Assembly (NCBI GenBank): GCA_963792415.1
Contig: CAWBVY010000006.1
Coordinates: 672,001-736,000, forward strand
Length of the DNA: 64,000 bases
Direction of reading: 5' to 3'
Origin: Candidatus Deferrimicrobiaceae bacterium
GTDB taxonomy: Bacteria > Desulfobacterota > Deferrimicrobia > Deferrimicrobiales > Deferrimicrobiaceae
A program made the translations under genes and the position numbers. Positions 53,435 to 63,418 of the stretch are shown here, piece after piece (position 1 is the stretch's first letter; each line of letters opens with the position of its first letter). A model generated the notes under the pieces. It had not been told where the DNA came from. It worked only from the letters and a program-made list of their open reading frames with translations, and did not search any database.

Positions 53435-55479
53435 CCCGCCGCCCCCCTGTCCGGGAGTTTCTCTGGTGGTCCCTGCGCGCCCAGTGGGGGCTCGCGCTCG
53501 CCCTCCTCGCCCTCTTCACCGACGCGGCGCAATGGGCCCTCCTGCTCGCCGCCGGCGCGTGGGTCTCCGGCGTGGCGATGGACCGGGCGGACACGCCGCG
53601 TGCCGTCCTCTCCCGGTTCGGATCGCCGTTCGTGGCGCTCTTCCTTGCCGCCGCCGCGGCCGACCTCCTGTTCGGAAGCCGGGACCTCGTCGCCTCCCTT
53701 TCGCTGCTCATCCTCGGGGTGCAATCGGTGAAGTTCCTCCTCCCGAAGGGAAGCAGGGACGGATGGCAGCTGTGCGCCGTCGCCCTCCTCGAATTTCTCG
53801 CCGCCGCCGCCGGAACCGACGCGCTGGCCTTCGCCCTCTTCGCGTTCCTATTTTTCGTCGCCTCCGCCGCCGCGATGGGGGCCCTTCACGACCAGGAGGC
53901 GGAGGAGGCGGGGCGTCCGTCGGGAGGATACGCCGTCCCGGCGCGGGCGGCGGCGGGGGTGCTCCTTGCCGCGGGGGTCGGCGGGTTTCTCGCCTCGGCG
54001 GTCCTGTTCGCGGTCATTCCGCGTCTCGAGTTCCGCCAGATCCTCGAGCGGTTCGGACGACCCAGGGGCGTCGTCGGTTTCTCCGAGACGATGACCCTCC
54101 GCGAGGTGACCGGCATAAAATCGGACACGCGGGTGGTGGCGAGGGTCGAATTCCCGGAATTGCGCCCCGGGCTCCTCCCGGCGAACCTCTACCTTCGGGG
54201 CGCAGTGTATTCGCGGTATCGGGAGGGGGTTTGGCGCCAGGGCGCAGCGACTCCCCTCCCCGTTCCAAGGGCCGGATTCCTCCACTTCGTTGGAGATGCG
54301 GCCGTCCCGGATTCCACGGCGGACATCACCCTCGAGGCGGCGAACCACCCCGCCCTCTTCACCTACGGGCATCCGACGCAGATCGAGGGCGCGTTCCTCC
54401 CCGTTCTCTCGGACGGGGAGGGGAACCTCTCCCTTGCGCGCTCGGGGCACCCGACGCTCCGATACCGGGTCCGCTTCGCGGCGGACCTCCCCCGGCGATC
54501 CCGGAACGAGCGCCGGACGAATCCGGAGGATCTCGCTTTCCCCGAGGGGCACGAGGACGTGCGGGCCCTCGCGCGGAAGATCGCCGGCGGCACGGGGACC
54601 GTCGACGAACGCGCGAAACGGATCGTGGGCTTCTTCCTGTCCGGATTCCGCTACACCCTCTCCGATCCCGCCTCGTCGATCCGGGAGTTCCTGTTCCGGA
54701 AGCGGGCCGGCTACTGCGAGCATTTCGCCGCGGGACTGTCGCTGCTGCTGCGCGGCGCGGGGATTCCTTCCCGCGTCGCCGCCGGCTATCTCGGCGGCGA
54801 ATGGAACGGGGTCGGGAAGTACCTGATCGTCCGCCAATCGGATGCGCACGCGTGGGTCGAGGCCTGGATCGACGGGCGCTGGGTGACGCTCGACGCGACC
54901 CCGCCCTCCGGGGCCTCCTCTCCCTTCAGGACGCGAACGGGGACGATCGGGCTCTACGCGGACTGGCTCCGGCAGCGCTGGGACAAATACGTGGTCAACT
55001 ACTCGATGCGGATGCAGGCCGACGCGGTGAAGGAAGGCGTGCGCGCGGTCCGCCGGACCGGCGCGGCCTTCCGTTTCCGGGGATGGGCCGGGATCGGCGG
55101 CGCCGCGCGGGACGCCGCGGGCTGGGGACTTCTCGCCGCGACCGCGATCTTTCTGCTCTACCGGCATCTGCGGAAGCGGCGGATTTCCGCGGGAGATCGA
55201 TTCCCGCCCGGACGCTCGCCGCTCCCCGGCCCGTACGCCCGCCTCGTCCGGCGCCTCGATCGGAACCGGTTCCGGCGTCACCCGGGGGAGACCCTCGAAG
55301 AGACGCTGGCCGCCGCGGTGCGGTCGCGTCCCGACCTTGTGGAGGACGCCTCCCTCTTCCTCGACCTGTATCACCGGGACCGCTTCGGCCCGGCGCCGCT
55401 TCCTCCAAAAGCGCGGGAGGAGGCATTCCGCCTGGCGAAGCGGCTCGGGCACGGAATATCCGACACCGCGGCAACGTAG
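53431..55479 (+). CDS. Membrane transglutaminase-like protein (DUF3488/TgpA-like)
   Basis: Multiple TMs; GYCEHFA, HAWVE, LDATP (Cys-His-Asp triad). Confidence 0.9.
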   Translation: MTRRPPVREFLWWSLRAQWGLALALLALFTDAAQWALLLAAGAWVSGVAMDRADTPRAVLSRFGSPFVALFLAAAAADLLFGSRDLVASLSLLILGVQSVKFLLPKGSRDGWQLCAVALLEFLAAAAGTDALAFALFAFLFFVASAAAMGALHDQEAEEAGRPSGGYAVPARAAAGVLLAAGVGGFLASAVLFAVIPRLEFRQILERFGRPRGVVGFSETMTLREVTGIKSDTRVVARVEFPELRPGLLPANLYLRGAVYSRYREGVWRQGAATPLPVPRAGFLHFVGDAAVPDSTADITLEAANHPALFTYGHPTQIEGAFLPVLSDGEGNLSLARSGHPTLRYRVRFAADLPRRSRNERRTNPEDLAFPEGHEDVRALARKIAGGTGTVDERAKRIVGFFLSGFRYTLSDPASSIREFLFRKRAGYCEHFAAGLSLLLRGAGIPSRVAAGYLGGEWNGVGKYLIVRQSDAHAWVEAWIDGRWVTLDATPPSGASSPFRTRTGTIGLYADWLRQRWDKYVVNYSMRMQADAVKEGVRAVRRTGAAFRFRGWAGIGGAARDAAGWGLLAATAIFLLYRHLRKRRISAGDRFPPGRSPLPGPYARLVRRLDRNRFRRHPGETLEETLAAAVRSRPDLVEDASLFLDLYHRDRFGPAPLPPKAREEAFRLAKRLGHGISDTAAT

Positions 55480-55555
55480 CGCACGCCAGCCTCCCCCGGC
55501 ACACCGGTTGCTTTCTTCCAGGCAGGATTCCACACCGCCCAGGAGGTCCTCTCCC

Positions 55556-57094
55556 TTGCTCGTTCGCGCCCTGTCCTTCGCCGTTCTCGGGATCGACGCG
55601 GTTCCCGTGGAAGTGGAGGCCGACATCACCCACGGCCTCCCCTCCTACACCGTCGTCGGGCTCCCCGGGGGAGCGGTCCGGGAAAGCGACGACCGGATCC
55701 GGGCCGCCGTACGCAACTCCGGACTCCCCTTCCCGGGCCGGAAGGTCACCGTCAACCTGGCGCCGGCCGATCTGCGGAAGGACGGTTCGCTCCTCGACCT
55801 GCCGATCGCCCTGTCGGTTCTCTCCGCAGAGGGTGTCCTTCCGGGAGAAGCGCTGGCCGGGTGGATGATCGCGGGGGAACTCTCCCTCGACGGCACGGTC
55901 CGTCCGATCCGCGGGGCCCTCGCCCAGGCGATCCTCGCGCGGAAGCTTCGGATTCCGGGGGTCATCACTCCCTTCGACAACGGGGACGAGGCGCGACTGG
56001 TCCCGGGGATCCGGGTGGCCGCGGTCCGGTCCCTCCGCGAGGCGGCGGCCGTCCTCACGGGCGAGGAGCCTCCCGCCAATGGAACCGACGCCGATCCCCG
56101 GGGCGCCAATCCGAAGGACACCGGCGCTCCCGCTCCGGAGCGCGTCCCCGATCTCTCCGACGTGGTCGGCCAACCGATGGCGCGCCGGGCCCTGGAGATC
56201 GCGGCGGCGGGGTGCCACGCGATGCTCTTCGTCGGACCGCCGGGGTGCGGAAAGACGATGCTGGCGGAACGCCTTCCCGGAATCCTCCCCGACCTGTCGG
56301 CGTCGGAAGCCCTCGACGCAACGCGCATCTACGGAGCGTCCGGGGAACCGCCGTGGCCCCGCCCTCTCCTCCAGCGTCCGTTCCGGGCGCCGAACCCGTC
56401 GATCACCGCCGCCGGTCTTCTGGGCGGTGGAAACCCGCCCCGGCCGGGCGAGATCTCCTTCGCCCACTGCGGCGTGCTGTTCCTCGACGAATTCTCCGAA
56501 TTCCACGCCGAGGTCCGGGAGGCGCTGCGGCAGCCGGTCGAATCGGGAGAGGTCCGGATCTCGCGATCCGGTCACCGGTACCGGTTCCCGTGCCGGTTCC
56601 TGCTGCTGGCGGCGACCAACCCGTGCCCGTGCGGCAACGCGGGCCACCCCAGGAAAGTCTGCCGGTGCTCCCCGCCGCTCCTCGACCGTTTCTCGAGAAA
56701 ATTCTCGGGGCCCCTCCTCGACCGGATCGACCTCGCGGTTTCCGTGCAACCGGTCGCGGTCGAGGCGTGGTCCGGCGAGGCGCGCGGCGAATCGTCCGCG
56801 GCGGTCCGGCGTCGGGTTGAGGCGTGCAGGACGGTTCAGGAAGCGCGGTACGCGGGACGGGCATCCCGGACGAACGGGACCGTCCGCTCCGGGACGGCGG
56901 AGCTGCTGCGGGAGCTCACCCCGGAGGCGGCCGCGTTCCTCACGCGGGCCGCGGAACGGCTCTCCCTCTCGGGGAGGGCGATCGGGAAGGCATGCCGCGT
57001 GGCGCGGACGATCGCCGATCTCGCCGGCGAGCGCCGGGCGGGACTCCCCCACGCCGCCGAAGCCCTCCAGTACCGCCTGTCGGGATTCGGGTGA
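55556..57094 (+). CDS. comM: YifB/ComM Mg-chelatase-like AAA+ ATPase
   Basis: VGLP, NLAPADLRKDG, GELSLDG, GPPGCGKTM, LFLDE, NPCPCG, SGPLLDRID, ARTIADL; AGGAGG before TTG 55556. Confidence 0.94.
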   Translation: MLVRALSFAVLGIDAVPVEVEADITHGLPSYTVVGLPGGAVRESDDRIRAAVRNSGLPFPGRKVTVNLAPADLRKDGSLLDLPIALSVLSAEGVLPGEALAGWMIAGELSLDGTVRPIRGALAQAILARKLRIPGVITPFDNGDEARLVPGIRVAAVRSLREAAAVLTGEEPPANGTDADPRGANPKDTGAPAPERVPDLSDVVGQPMARRALEIAAAGCHAMLFVGPPGCGKTMLAERLPGILPDLSASEALDATRIYGASGEPPWPRPLLQRPFRAPNPSITAAGLLGGGNPPRPGEISFAHCGVLFLDEFSEFHAEVREALRQPVESGEVRISRSGHRYRFPCRFLLLAATNPCPCGNAGHPRKVCRCSPPLLDRFSRKFSGPLLDRIDLAVSVQPVAVEAWSGEARGESSAAVRRRVEACRTVQEARYAGRASRTNGTVRSGTAELLRELTPEAAAFLTRAAERLSLSGRAIGKACRVARTIADLAGERRAGLPHAAEALQYRLSGFG

Positions 57095-57096
57095 GC

Positions 57097-58116
57097 TTAC
57101 AGCCGGTCGGCGATGTCCCAGAACACCTTTTCGACGTAGTTGCGGAAGCCGTGGATGAAGGCGCAGCGGGTGTGGAACATCGCGAGCGATCCGCAGAAGT
57201 AGAGGCCCGGGACGCTCGACTCCCCGACCGTGGAGATGCGGGGATACCCCTTCTCCCCGACGTCGACCGGGCCGCCCTCGACAGGGATCCAGCGGGGGCG
57301 ATACCCCGTGGCGCAGACGATCCAGTCGAACGACTCCCGCGCACCGGAGGCGAATGCCGCCGTCCCGTCCGAAAGGGAGACGACCGGGTCCGCCTCGCGC
57401 AGGGAGAGGATCCCGAAGCGGAACAGCTCCTTCAGGACGCTCTCCGACGTGCCGCGGATATCATGCAGATCCCCGGACTCGCTGAAGTAGCGCAGCGGAG
57501 CGCGGGTGCACATCGTCGTAAGCGCGGTCCCGGCGAGCTCGATGCACAGTTCCGCGGCGGAGTTCCCGCCGCCGATCACGAGCACCCGCTTCCGGTCGTA
57601 CGCCATGCAGTTGAGGAAGTCTCCCGAATGGAGCACCCGCGGGTTCCCGTCGATCCCCGGGATCTCCGGATAGCGGGGCACCGAGGCGCTTCCCGTGGCG
57701 ATCACGAGGAACCGGCAGGGGATCTCGGGGCCGCCGCCCACGGAAACGGCGAACCCCTCCGGCGTCCGCCGGGCGCCGACGACCTCGGTGCGCTCGGCGA
57801 CCTCGACGCCCAGATCGCGCGCGAAGGCCTCCACGTAGCAAAGAAAATCCTCCCGGGTCGGGAAGGGGCGCCGCACGCCGGGGAAGGACCAGATGGGACG
57901 ATCCAGGGTCAGGGAGGTCCAGTCGGTGCCGGGAACCCCCGGGGAGAGAAGAACCATTCCGGGGCGCATGTCGCGCCACGACTGTACGATCTTCCCCCGC
58001 TCGAGGACCTTGTGACGAATCCCGTGCTCCCGGAAGTGGTGGGCCAGGAGGATCCCGGCCGGCCCACCCCCGACGATGACGACGTCTGTCACGTTGCCCG
58101 CCTCTCCCTTCGACAT
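57097..58116 (-). CDS. NAD(P)/FAD-dependent oxidoreductase (FMO/TrxB-like)
   Basis: GGGPAG, IATG, LHS, GGGNSA, CATGY, FIHGFR. Confidence 0.85.
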   Translation of the reverse strand: MSKGEAGNVTDVVIVGGGPAGILLAHHFREHGIRHKVLERGKIVQSWRDMRPGMVLLSPGVPGTDWTSLTLDRPIWSFPGVRRPFPTREDFLCYVEAFARDLGVEVAERTEVVGARRTPEGFAVSVGGGPEIPCRFLVIATGSASVPRYPEIPGIDGNPRVLHSGDFLNCMAYDRKRVLVIGGGNSAAELCIELAGTALTTMCTRAPLRYFSESGDLHDIRGTSESVLKELFRFGILSLREADPVVSLSDGTAAFASGARESFDWIVCATGYRPRWIPVEGGPVDVGEKGYPRISTVGESSVPGLYFCGSLAMFHTRCAFIHGFRNYVEKVFWDIADRL

Positions 58117-58204
58117 TCCCCAGCGTCCTGATCCGATGTAGTATATAGGTTCCGACTTCCGGTTGTTCCACGACGCGATCGGTTTCCCGGGGAGGTTTTC
58201 GAAG

Positions 58205-58233
58205 TTGACAGGGGAAACCTCTTTCCCTATAGT
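58205..58233 (+). promoter_or_regulatory. sigma70 promoter of rplU operon
   Basis: TTGACA-17 nt-TATAGT. Confidence 0.85.
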
Positions 58234-58271
58234 GGTTTGTTCTTATCGAACCGCATGGAGGGCACGATCCT

Positions 58272-58586
58272 ATGTACGCAGTTGTCCGCACAGGGGGGAA
58301 GCAGCTCCGCGTCTCCCCGGGCGATGTCGTCAACGTCGAGAAACTTTCGGTCGAGCCCGGCGCGACCGTCGAACTCACGGACGTGCTGATGGTGTCGACC
58401 GAGCAGGGAACCACCGTGGGGACTCCCACCGTCGAGGGCGCCTCCGTGATCTGCACGGCGGTCAGGGACGGCAAGGGGAAGAAGATCACCATCTACAAGT
58501 ACAAGAGGCGGAAGGGCTTCTCGAAGAAACAGGGGCACCGCCAGCCGTTCACCACGCTTTCCGTGACCGAAATCCGGGTCGGTTGA
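58272..58586 (+). CDS. rplU: 50S ribosomal protein L21
   Basis: [11 protein letters not shown]...GHRQ. Confidence 0.98.
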   Translation: MYAVVRTGGKQLRVSPGDVVNVEKLSVEPGATVELTDVLMVSTEQGTTVGTPTVEGASVICTAVRDGKGKKITIYKYKRRKGFSKKQGHRQPFTTLSVTEIRVG

Positions 58587-58611
58587 CCCGCGGGGAAGGG
58601 GCCAGGACACC

Positions 58612-58869
58612 ATGGCGCATAAAAAAGGCGTCGGCAGTTCGAGAAACGGGCGGGACAGCCAGAGCAAGCGTCTCGGCGTGAAGCGGTTCGGCGGCGAGTC
58701 CGTTTCCGCCGGGAGCATCATCATCCGCCAGCGGGGTACCGCGATCCACCCGGGAGACAACGTCGGGATCGGGAAGGATCACACCCTCTTCGCGCTGATC
58801 GACGGCGTGGTCCAGTTCGCCCGCATGGGAAAAGATCGCAAGAGGGTTTCCGTCCTCTCCGCCTCGTAG
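58612..58869 (+). CDS. rpmA: 50S ribosomal protein L27
   Basis: [16 protein letters not shown]...RQRGT. Confidence 0.99.
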   Translation: MAHKKGVGSSRNGRDSQSKRLGVKRFGGESVSAGSIIIRQRGTAIHPGDNVGIGKDHTLFALIDGVVQFARMGKDRKRVSVLSAS

Positions 58870-58881
58870 CGCCCCCCGTTC

Positions 58882-59889
58882 ATGCACTTCATCGATGAAG
58901 CCACGATCACCGTCCGGTCCGGGGACGGTGGTCGGGGCTGCGTCAGTTTTCGCCGGGAAAAATTCGTTCCCCGCGGCGGCCCCGACGGCGGCGACGGGGG
59001 GAACGGCGGGAGCGTCCTCGTCGAAGTGAGCCCGAACCTCTCCACCCTGCTCGACTTCCGGTACCGGAACCTGTTCAAGGCGGCGCGCGGCCAGCACGGC
59101 ATGGGAAAGAACATGCACGGGAAGGGGGCGCCCGACCGACGGATCGCCGTGCCCCCAGGGACGATCGTCACCGACGCGGATACCGGCGAGATCCTCGCGG
59201 ATCTCACGCGAACCGGGGAAACGGTCCTGGTCGCGAAGGGGGGGCGCGGGGGCCGGGGCAATTCGGCGTTCACCTCCTCCGTGAACCAGGCCCCGGACCA
59301 GGCGGAACCCGGGCGCCCCGGGCGGGAGCGGCGCCTGCGGCTCGAACTCAAGCTGATCGCGGAGATCGGGCTCATCGGCCTCCCGAACGCCGGGAAATCG
59401 ACCCTTCTTTCGCGGATCTCCCGGGCACACCCGAAGATCGCGGATTACCCGTTCACGACCCTCTCCCCCGTCCTCGGAGTGGTTTCCCACCGGGACGAGG
59501 AGATCGTCGTCGCGGACCTGCCGGGCCTGATCGAGGGCGCGCACCGTGGCGTGGGGCTGGGGCACCGGTTCCTGCGGCACGCCGAGCGGACGGAGGGGCT
59601 CATCCACCTGCTCGACGCGTCGCAGGATCCCGACGGGATCGTCGTGGCCTACCGCACCATCCGCGACGAAATGGAGAAGTTCGGTCCCGAACTCGCGGCA
59701 CGTCCCACCCTGCTCGCCTTCACCAAGATGGACCTGACGGGGGCCCGGGAAAACGCCGAGCGCGCCCTGGATTCGATCCGCCACCCCGCGGGGGGGATCC
59801 ATTTCATCTCCGCGGCCACCGGGGAGGGGATCGCGCCCCTGCTCGACGGGATGCTGGCCTTGAGAAAGAGGGAGACCGATGTCGCCTGA
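58882..59889 (+). CDS. obgE: GTPase ObgE
   Basis: FRREKFVPRGGPDGGDGG, GLPNAGKST, YPFTT, DLPG, TKMD. Confidence 0.98.
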   Translation: MHFIDEATITVRSGDGGRGCVSFRREKFVPRGGPDGGDGGNGGSVLVEVSPNLSTLLDFRYRNLFKAARGQHGMGKNMHGKGAPDRRIAVPPGTIVTDADTGEILADLTRTGETVLVAKGGRGGRGNSAFTSSVNQAPDQAEPGRPGRERRLRLELKLIAEIGLIGLPNAGKSTLLSRISRAHPKIADYPFTTLSPVLGVVSHRDEEIVVADLPGLIEGAHRGVGLGHRFLRHAERTEGLIHLLDASQDPDGIVVAYRTIRDEMEKFGPELAARPTLLAFTKMDLTGARENAERALDSIRHPAGGIHFISAATGEGIAPLLDGMLALRKRETDVA

Positions 59890-61102
59890 GGGGACGGCCG
59901 CGAAACGCGGGAAGGCCGGTTCCCGACTTCCCGGGATCCGGCGGGTCGTGGTCAAGCTGGGAAGCGGCACGGTCACCGATCCGGGGAAGGGGTTGCGGGA
60001 GCCGACGATCCGCGCACTCGCGGCACAACTCTCCTCCGCCTGGACGGAGTTCGGCGTTTCCTTCGTCGTGGTCACCTCCGGGGCGATCGCCGCGGGGAGG
60101 AAGAAGCTGGGGATGGTCGAGCGCCCCCGGACGGTGGCGCTCAAGCAGGCAGCGGCAGCCGTCGGGCAGACGTCCCTGATGCGCGCCTATGAGCGTGCGT
60201 TCGAGAAGCGCGGTCGCCACGTGGCGCAACTGCTCCTCACCCACGAGGATTTCGAGGATCGGAAGCGGTACGTGAACGCGAGGAACACGCTTTTCACCCT
60301 GCTCTCCCGTGGGATCGTCCCGATCATCAACGAGAACGACACGGTGGCGACCGAGGAGATCCGTCTGGAAGGGGACGGGGGGGGGGCGAACGACCACCTG
60401 GCGACGCTGGTGACCCAGATGATCGGTGCGGACCTGCTGATCCTGCTCACCGACAGCGACGGGCTCTTCACGAAGGATCCCCACCGGCACCCCGACGCCC
60501 GCCGCATCCCGGTCGTGCGGGACATCGACGACGAGTCGGTCCTTGCAGCCGTCGGCCGGCGCATCTCCGCGGAAGGAACCGGGGGGATGGCGTCGAAGAT
60601 CCAGGCGGCCAGGATCCTTTCGGCGTCCGGGGTCCCGGTCGTAATCGCCTCGGGGCTCTCCCGGCGATCGGTCCTCGACGCGTTGGCGGGGAAGGACGCG
60701 GGGACGCTCATCCTGCCGCGGGCCGCCGGGAAGCTTTCGAGCCGCAAGATGTGGATCGCGTACGCCCGCCACTCCCAGGGGACCGTTCTCGTGGACGACG
60801 GCGCGCGGAAGGTGCTCCTGGAGGGAGGGAAGAGCCTCCTGCCCGCGGGAGTGATCGGGACGCAGGGGCGGTTCCTTCCGGGGGACATGGTCTCCATCGC
60901 CGATCCCCGGGGGCGGGTCTTCGCGCGGGGGATCGCCCGGTGGGGCAGCGAACAGGTGGACCTGGGGAAGGGAAAACGCAGCACGGAGGTCCGCATTCTC
61001 CTCGGGCCGGAGACCCCGTCCGAGGTCGTCCACCGCGACGACCTGACGATCCTGCCGCACTCCGGCACTTCCGAATCGAGGAAGGGAGCCGCACCCAGAT
61101 GA
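59879..61102 (+). CDS. proB: Glutamate 5-kinase with PUA domain
   Basis: [42 protein letters not shown]. Confidence 0.96.
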   Translation: MSPEGTAAKRGKAGSRLPGIRRVVVKLGSGTVTDPGKGLREPTIRALAAQLSSAWTEFGVSFVVVTSGAIAAGRKKLGMVERPRTVALKQAAAAVGQTSLMRAYERAFEKRGRHVAQLLLTHEDFEDRKRYVNARNTLFTLLSRGIVPIINENDTVATEEIRLEGDGGGANDHLATLVTQMIGADLLILLTDSDGLFTKDPHRHPDARRIPVVRDIDDESVLAAVGRRISAEGTGGMASKIQAARILSASGVPVVIASGLSRRSVLDALAGKDAGTLILPRAAGKLSSRKMWIAYARHSQGTVLVDDGARKVLLEGGKSLLPAGVIGTQGRFLPGDMVSIADPRGRVFARGIARWGSEQVDLGKGKRSTEVRILLGPETPSEVVHRDDLTILPHSGTSESRKGAAPR

Positions 61103-62367
61103 TCGCGAACGAGACGACCGAGGCGGTGGTGGAGCGGATCTGCAAGGCGGCGAAGACGGCGGCGCCTCCGCTGGCCCGGGCGGGAACGGCGGCCCGAAAC
61201 GACGCCCTTCGTGCCATGGCGCGGGGGATACGAGACCGGGCGGAGTTCCTGAAGGTGGAGAATGCCGGGGATGTGGCGGCCGGAGAGGCCCGGGGTCTTT
61301 CGGCCGCGATGATCGACCGCCTGCGCCTGACCGACAGGGTGATCGCGCAGATGGCGGACGGGATCGACGAGGTGGCGGCGCTCCCGGATCCCCTCGGCGG
61401 GATCGAGCGGCTTTCGCCCCGCCCGAACGGCCTTCTGGTCGGACGGATGCGGATCCCCCTCGGAGTGATCGCGATCATCTACGAGTCGCGCCCCAACGTC
61501 ACCGCGGACGCCGCGGCCCTGTGCGTCAAGTCCGGGAACGCCGTGATCCTGCGCGGGGGGTCGGAGGCGATCCGCTCGAACGTTGCGATCGCGGGGATCC
61601 TTCGGGAAGCGCTTGCCGGGGCCGGACTGCCGGAGGACGCCGTTTCCCTCGTGCCGAGAACCGACCGGGCCGCGATCGACGTCCTGCTTACGAAGGAGGA
61701 GTACATCGACCTGGTCATCCCGCGGGGGGGCGAGGGGCTCATCCGGAGCGTGGCGGAAAAGTCCCGCATCCCGGTGATCAAGCATTACAAGGGGGTCTGC
61801 CACGTCTACGTGGACGAGGGGGCCGAGATCCCGCTCGCGGTGCGGGTCTGCGTGAACGCGAAGGCGCAGCGCCCCGGAGTCTGCAACGCCATGGAAACCC
61901 TCCTCGTGCACGAGGGGATCGCGTCCGAGTTTCTTCCCGAGGCGGCGAGGGCGCTTTCCGCCGCGGGCGTCGCGATCCGCGGCTGCCCGGAGACGGTGCG
62001 ACTCGTCCCGGCCGCCGTCCCCGCCCAGGAAAAGGACTGGGGGACCGAATACCTCGACCTCATCCTCGCCGTGCGCGTGGTCCCGTCGATCGACGCGGCG
62101 ATGGAGCACATCCGGATGCACGGGTCCCTGCACACCGAGGCGATCCTCACCCGCGACCACGGCCGCGCGATGCGCTTCCTGCGCGAGGTCGACTCGTCGC
62201 TCGTGCTGGTGAACGCCTCGACCCGCTTCAACGACGGCTACCAGCTCGGGCTGGGGGCGGAGATCGGCATCAGCACGACGAAGATCCACGCCTTCGGGCC
62301 GATGGGGCTGTCCGAGCTCACCACGACAAAATTCGTCGCCTTCGGCGACGGTCAGGTGCGGCAGTAG
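61099..62367 (+). CDS. proA: Gamma-glutamyl phosphate reductase
   Basis: [41 protein letters not shown]. Confidence 0.98.
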   Translation: MIANETTEAVVERICKAAKTAAPPLARAGTAARNDALRAMARGIRDRAEFLKVENAGDVAAGEARGLSAAMIDRLRLTDRVIAQMADGIDEVAALPDPLGGIERLSPRPNGLLVGRMRIPLGVIAIIYESRPNVTADAAALCVKSGNAVILRGGSEAIRSNVAIAGILREALAGAGLPEDAVSLVPRTDRAAIDVLLTKEEYIDLVIPRGGEGLIRSVAEKSRIPVIKHYKGVCHVYVDEGAEIPLAVRVCVNAKAQRPGVCNAMETLLVHEGIASEFLPEAARALSAAGVAIRGCPETVRLVPAAVPAQEKDWGTEYLDLILAVRVVPSIDAAMEHIRMHGSLHTEAILTRDHGRAMRFLREVDSSLVLVNASTRFNDGYQLGLGAEIGISTTKIHAFGPMGLSELTTTKFVAFGDGQVRQ

Positions 62368-63041
62368 TGGAAGGAAGGAGTCCCCGGATCGCCATCTTCG
62401 GCGGCACCTTCGACCCGTTCCACAACGGCCACCTTCGGATGGCCGTGGAGGTAATGGAAGGGCTCCCGCTGACCGCCCTCTTCCTGGTCCCGTCGGCCCG
62501 CCCCCCCCACAAGCCTTCCCGGCCGATGGCCCCCGCGGAGGATCGCCTCGCGATGGCGTCCGCCGCCGTCGCCGGGATCGAGGGGATCTCCGTCCTGGAC
62601 CTCGAACTTCGCCGCGAAGGCCCTTCGTACTCCCTTCTCACGGTCCGGGAAGTGTCCGAAGGGAACCCGGGAGCCGACCTCCTGTTCCTGATCGGCGCCG
62701 ATGCGTTCGCGGAGATCTCCACATGGCACCGGTACCGCGATCTCCTCGCAGCGTGTGATTTCCTGCTCCTCCCCCGGCCGGGGATTTCTCCCGAGGCGTC
62801 GTTCCCTCCCGGGATCCTCATTGAACCCGATGGGAACCGTTGCTATAATCTTCCCGGGTGTTCCTACCGTCTCCCCGGCGGGCGCCGGCTGCATTGCCCG
62901 GTTCTTCCGGTCCTGGAAATTTCGTCGCGTTCCATCCGGGAAAAGGTTCGGCGGGGGAGATCGCTCCGGGGGCTGGTGCCTCCCGAGGTCGAGCGGCACA
63001 TCACGGAACACGGCCTGTACCGTGGGAAAGAAAGAGGGTAG
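62367..63041 (+). CDS. nadD: Nicotinate-nucleotide adenylyltransferase
   Basis: FGGTFDPFHNGH, PPHK, IGAD, ISSRSIR, HGLY. Confidence 0.96.
   Translation: MEGRSPRIAIFGGTFDPFHNGHLRMAVEVMEGLPLTALFLVPSARPPHKPSRPMAPAEDRLAMASAAVAGIEGISVLDLELRREGPSYSLLTVREVSEGNPGADLLFLIGADAFAEISTWHRYRDLLAACDFLLLPRPGISPEASFPPGILIEPDGNRCYNLPGCSYRLPGGRRLHCPVLPVLEISSRSIREKVRRGRSLRGLVPPEVERHITEHGLYRGKERG
62821..62849 (+). promoter_or_regulatory. Internal sigma70 promoter within nadD
   Basis: TTGAAC-17 nt-TATAAT with TG extension. Confidence 0.65.
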
Positions 63042-63047
63042 CCGGTC

Positions 63048-63398
63048 ATCACCACGCGGGACATACTGCTTCGATGCGCCGGCCTCGCGCGGGAGAAAAA
63101 GGGGTTCGACATCCTCGCCCTCGACGTCCGGGAGCACGCCGGCTTCACCGACTACTTTCTCCTCTGCTCGGGGAGTTCCGACCGGCAGGTCCAGGCCCTG
63201 TCGAATCACATCGCGGAAACGCTGAAAAAGGAGCAGGGGGTCAAGCCCCTCGGCACCGAAGGGCTTCGCGAAGGGCGTTGGGTGCTCCTCGACTACGGTG
63301 ATTTCGTGGTGCACGTGTTCCAGGACAGCGTGCGTGAGTTCTACAACTTCGACCAGTTGTGGGGGGCGGCGCCCGAGGTGCCGGTTCCACAGGAATAG
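63048..63398 (+). CDS. rsfS: Ribosome silencing factor RsfS (non-canonical start, probably ATC)
   Basis: Not in ORF track; manual translation ITTRDILLRCAGLAREKKGFDILALDV...FTDYFLLCSGSSDRQV...EG...WVLLDYGDFVVHVF...REFYNFDQLWG. Confidence 0.92.
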   Translation: MTTRDILLRCAGLAREKKGFDILALDVREHAGFTDYFLLCSGSSDRQVQALSNHIAETLKKEQGVKPLGTEGLREGRWVLLDYGDFVVHVFQDSVREFYNFDQLWGAAPEVPVPQE

Positions 63399-63418
63399 GC
63401 CCGGAGGGCACGGCGCCG

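Noticed and set aside
63039-63041. Pyrrolysine recoding of the nadD TAG
   Set aside because: No pyl genes or tRNA in the window, and TAG is used as an ordinary stop in many neighbouring genes
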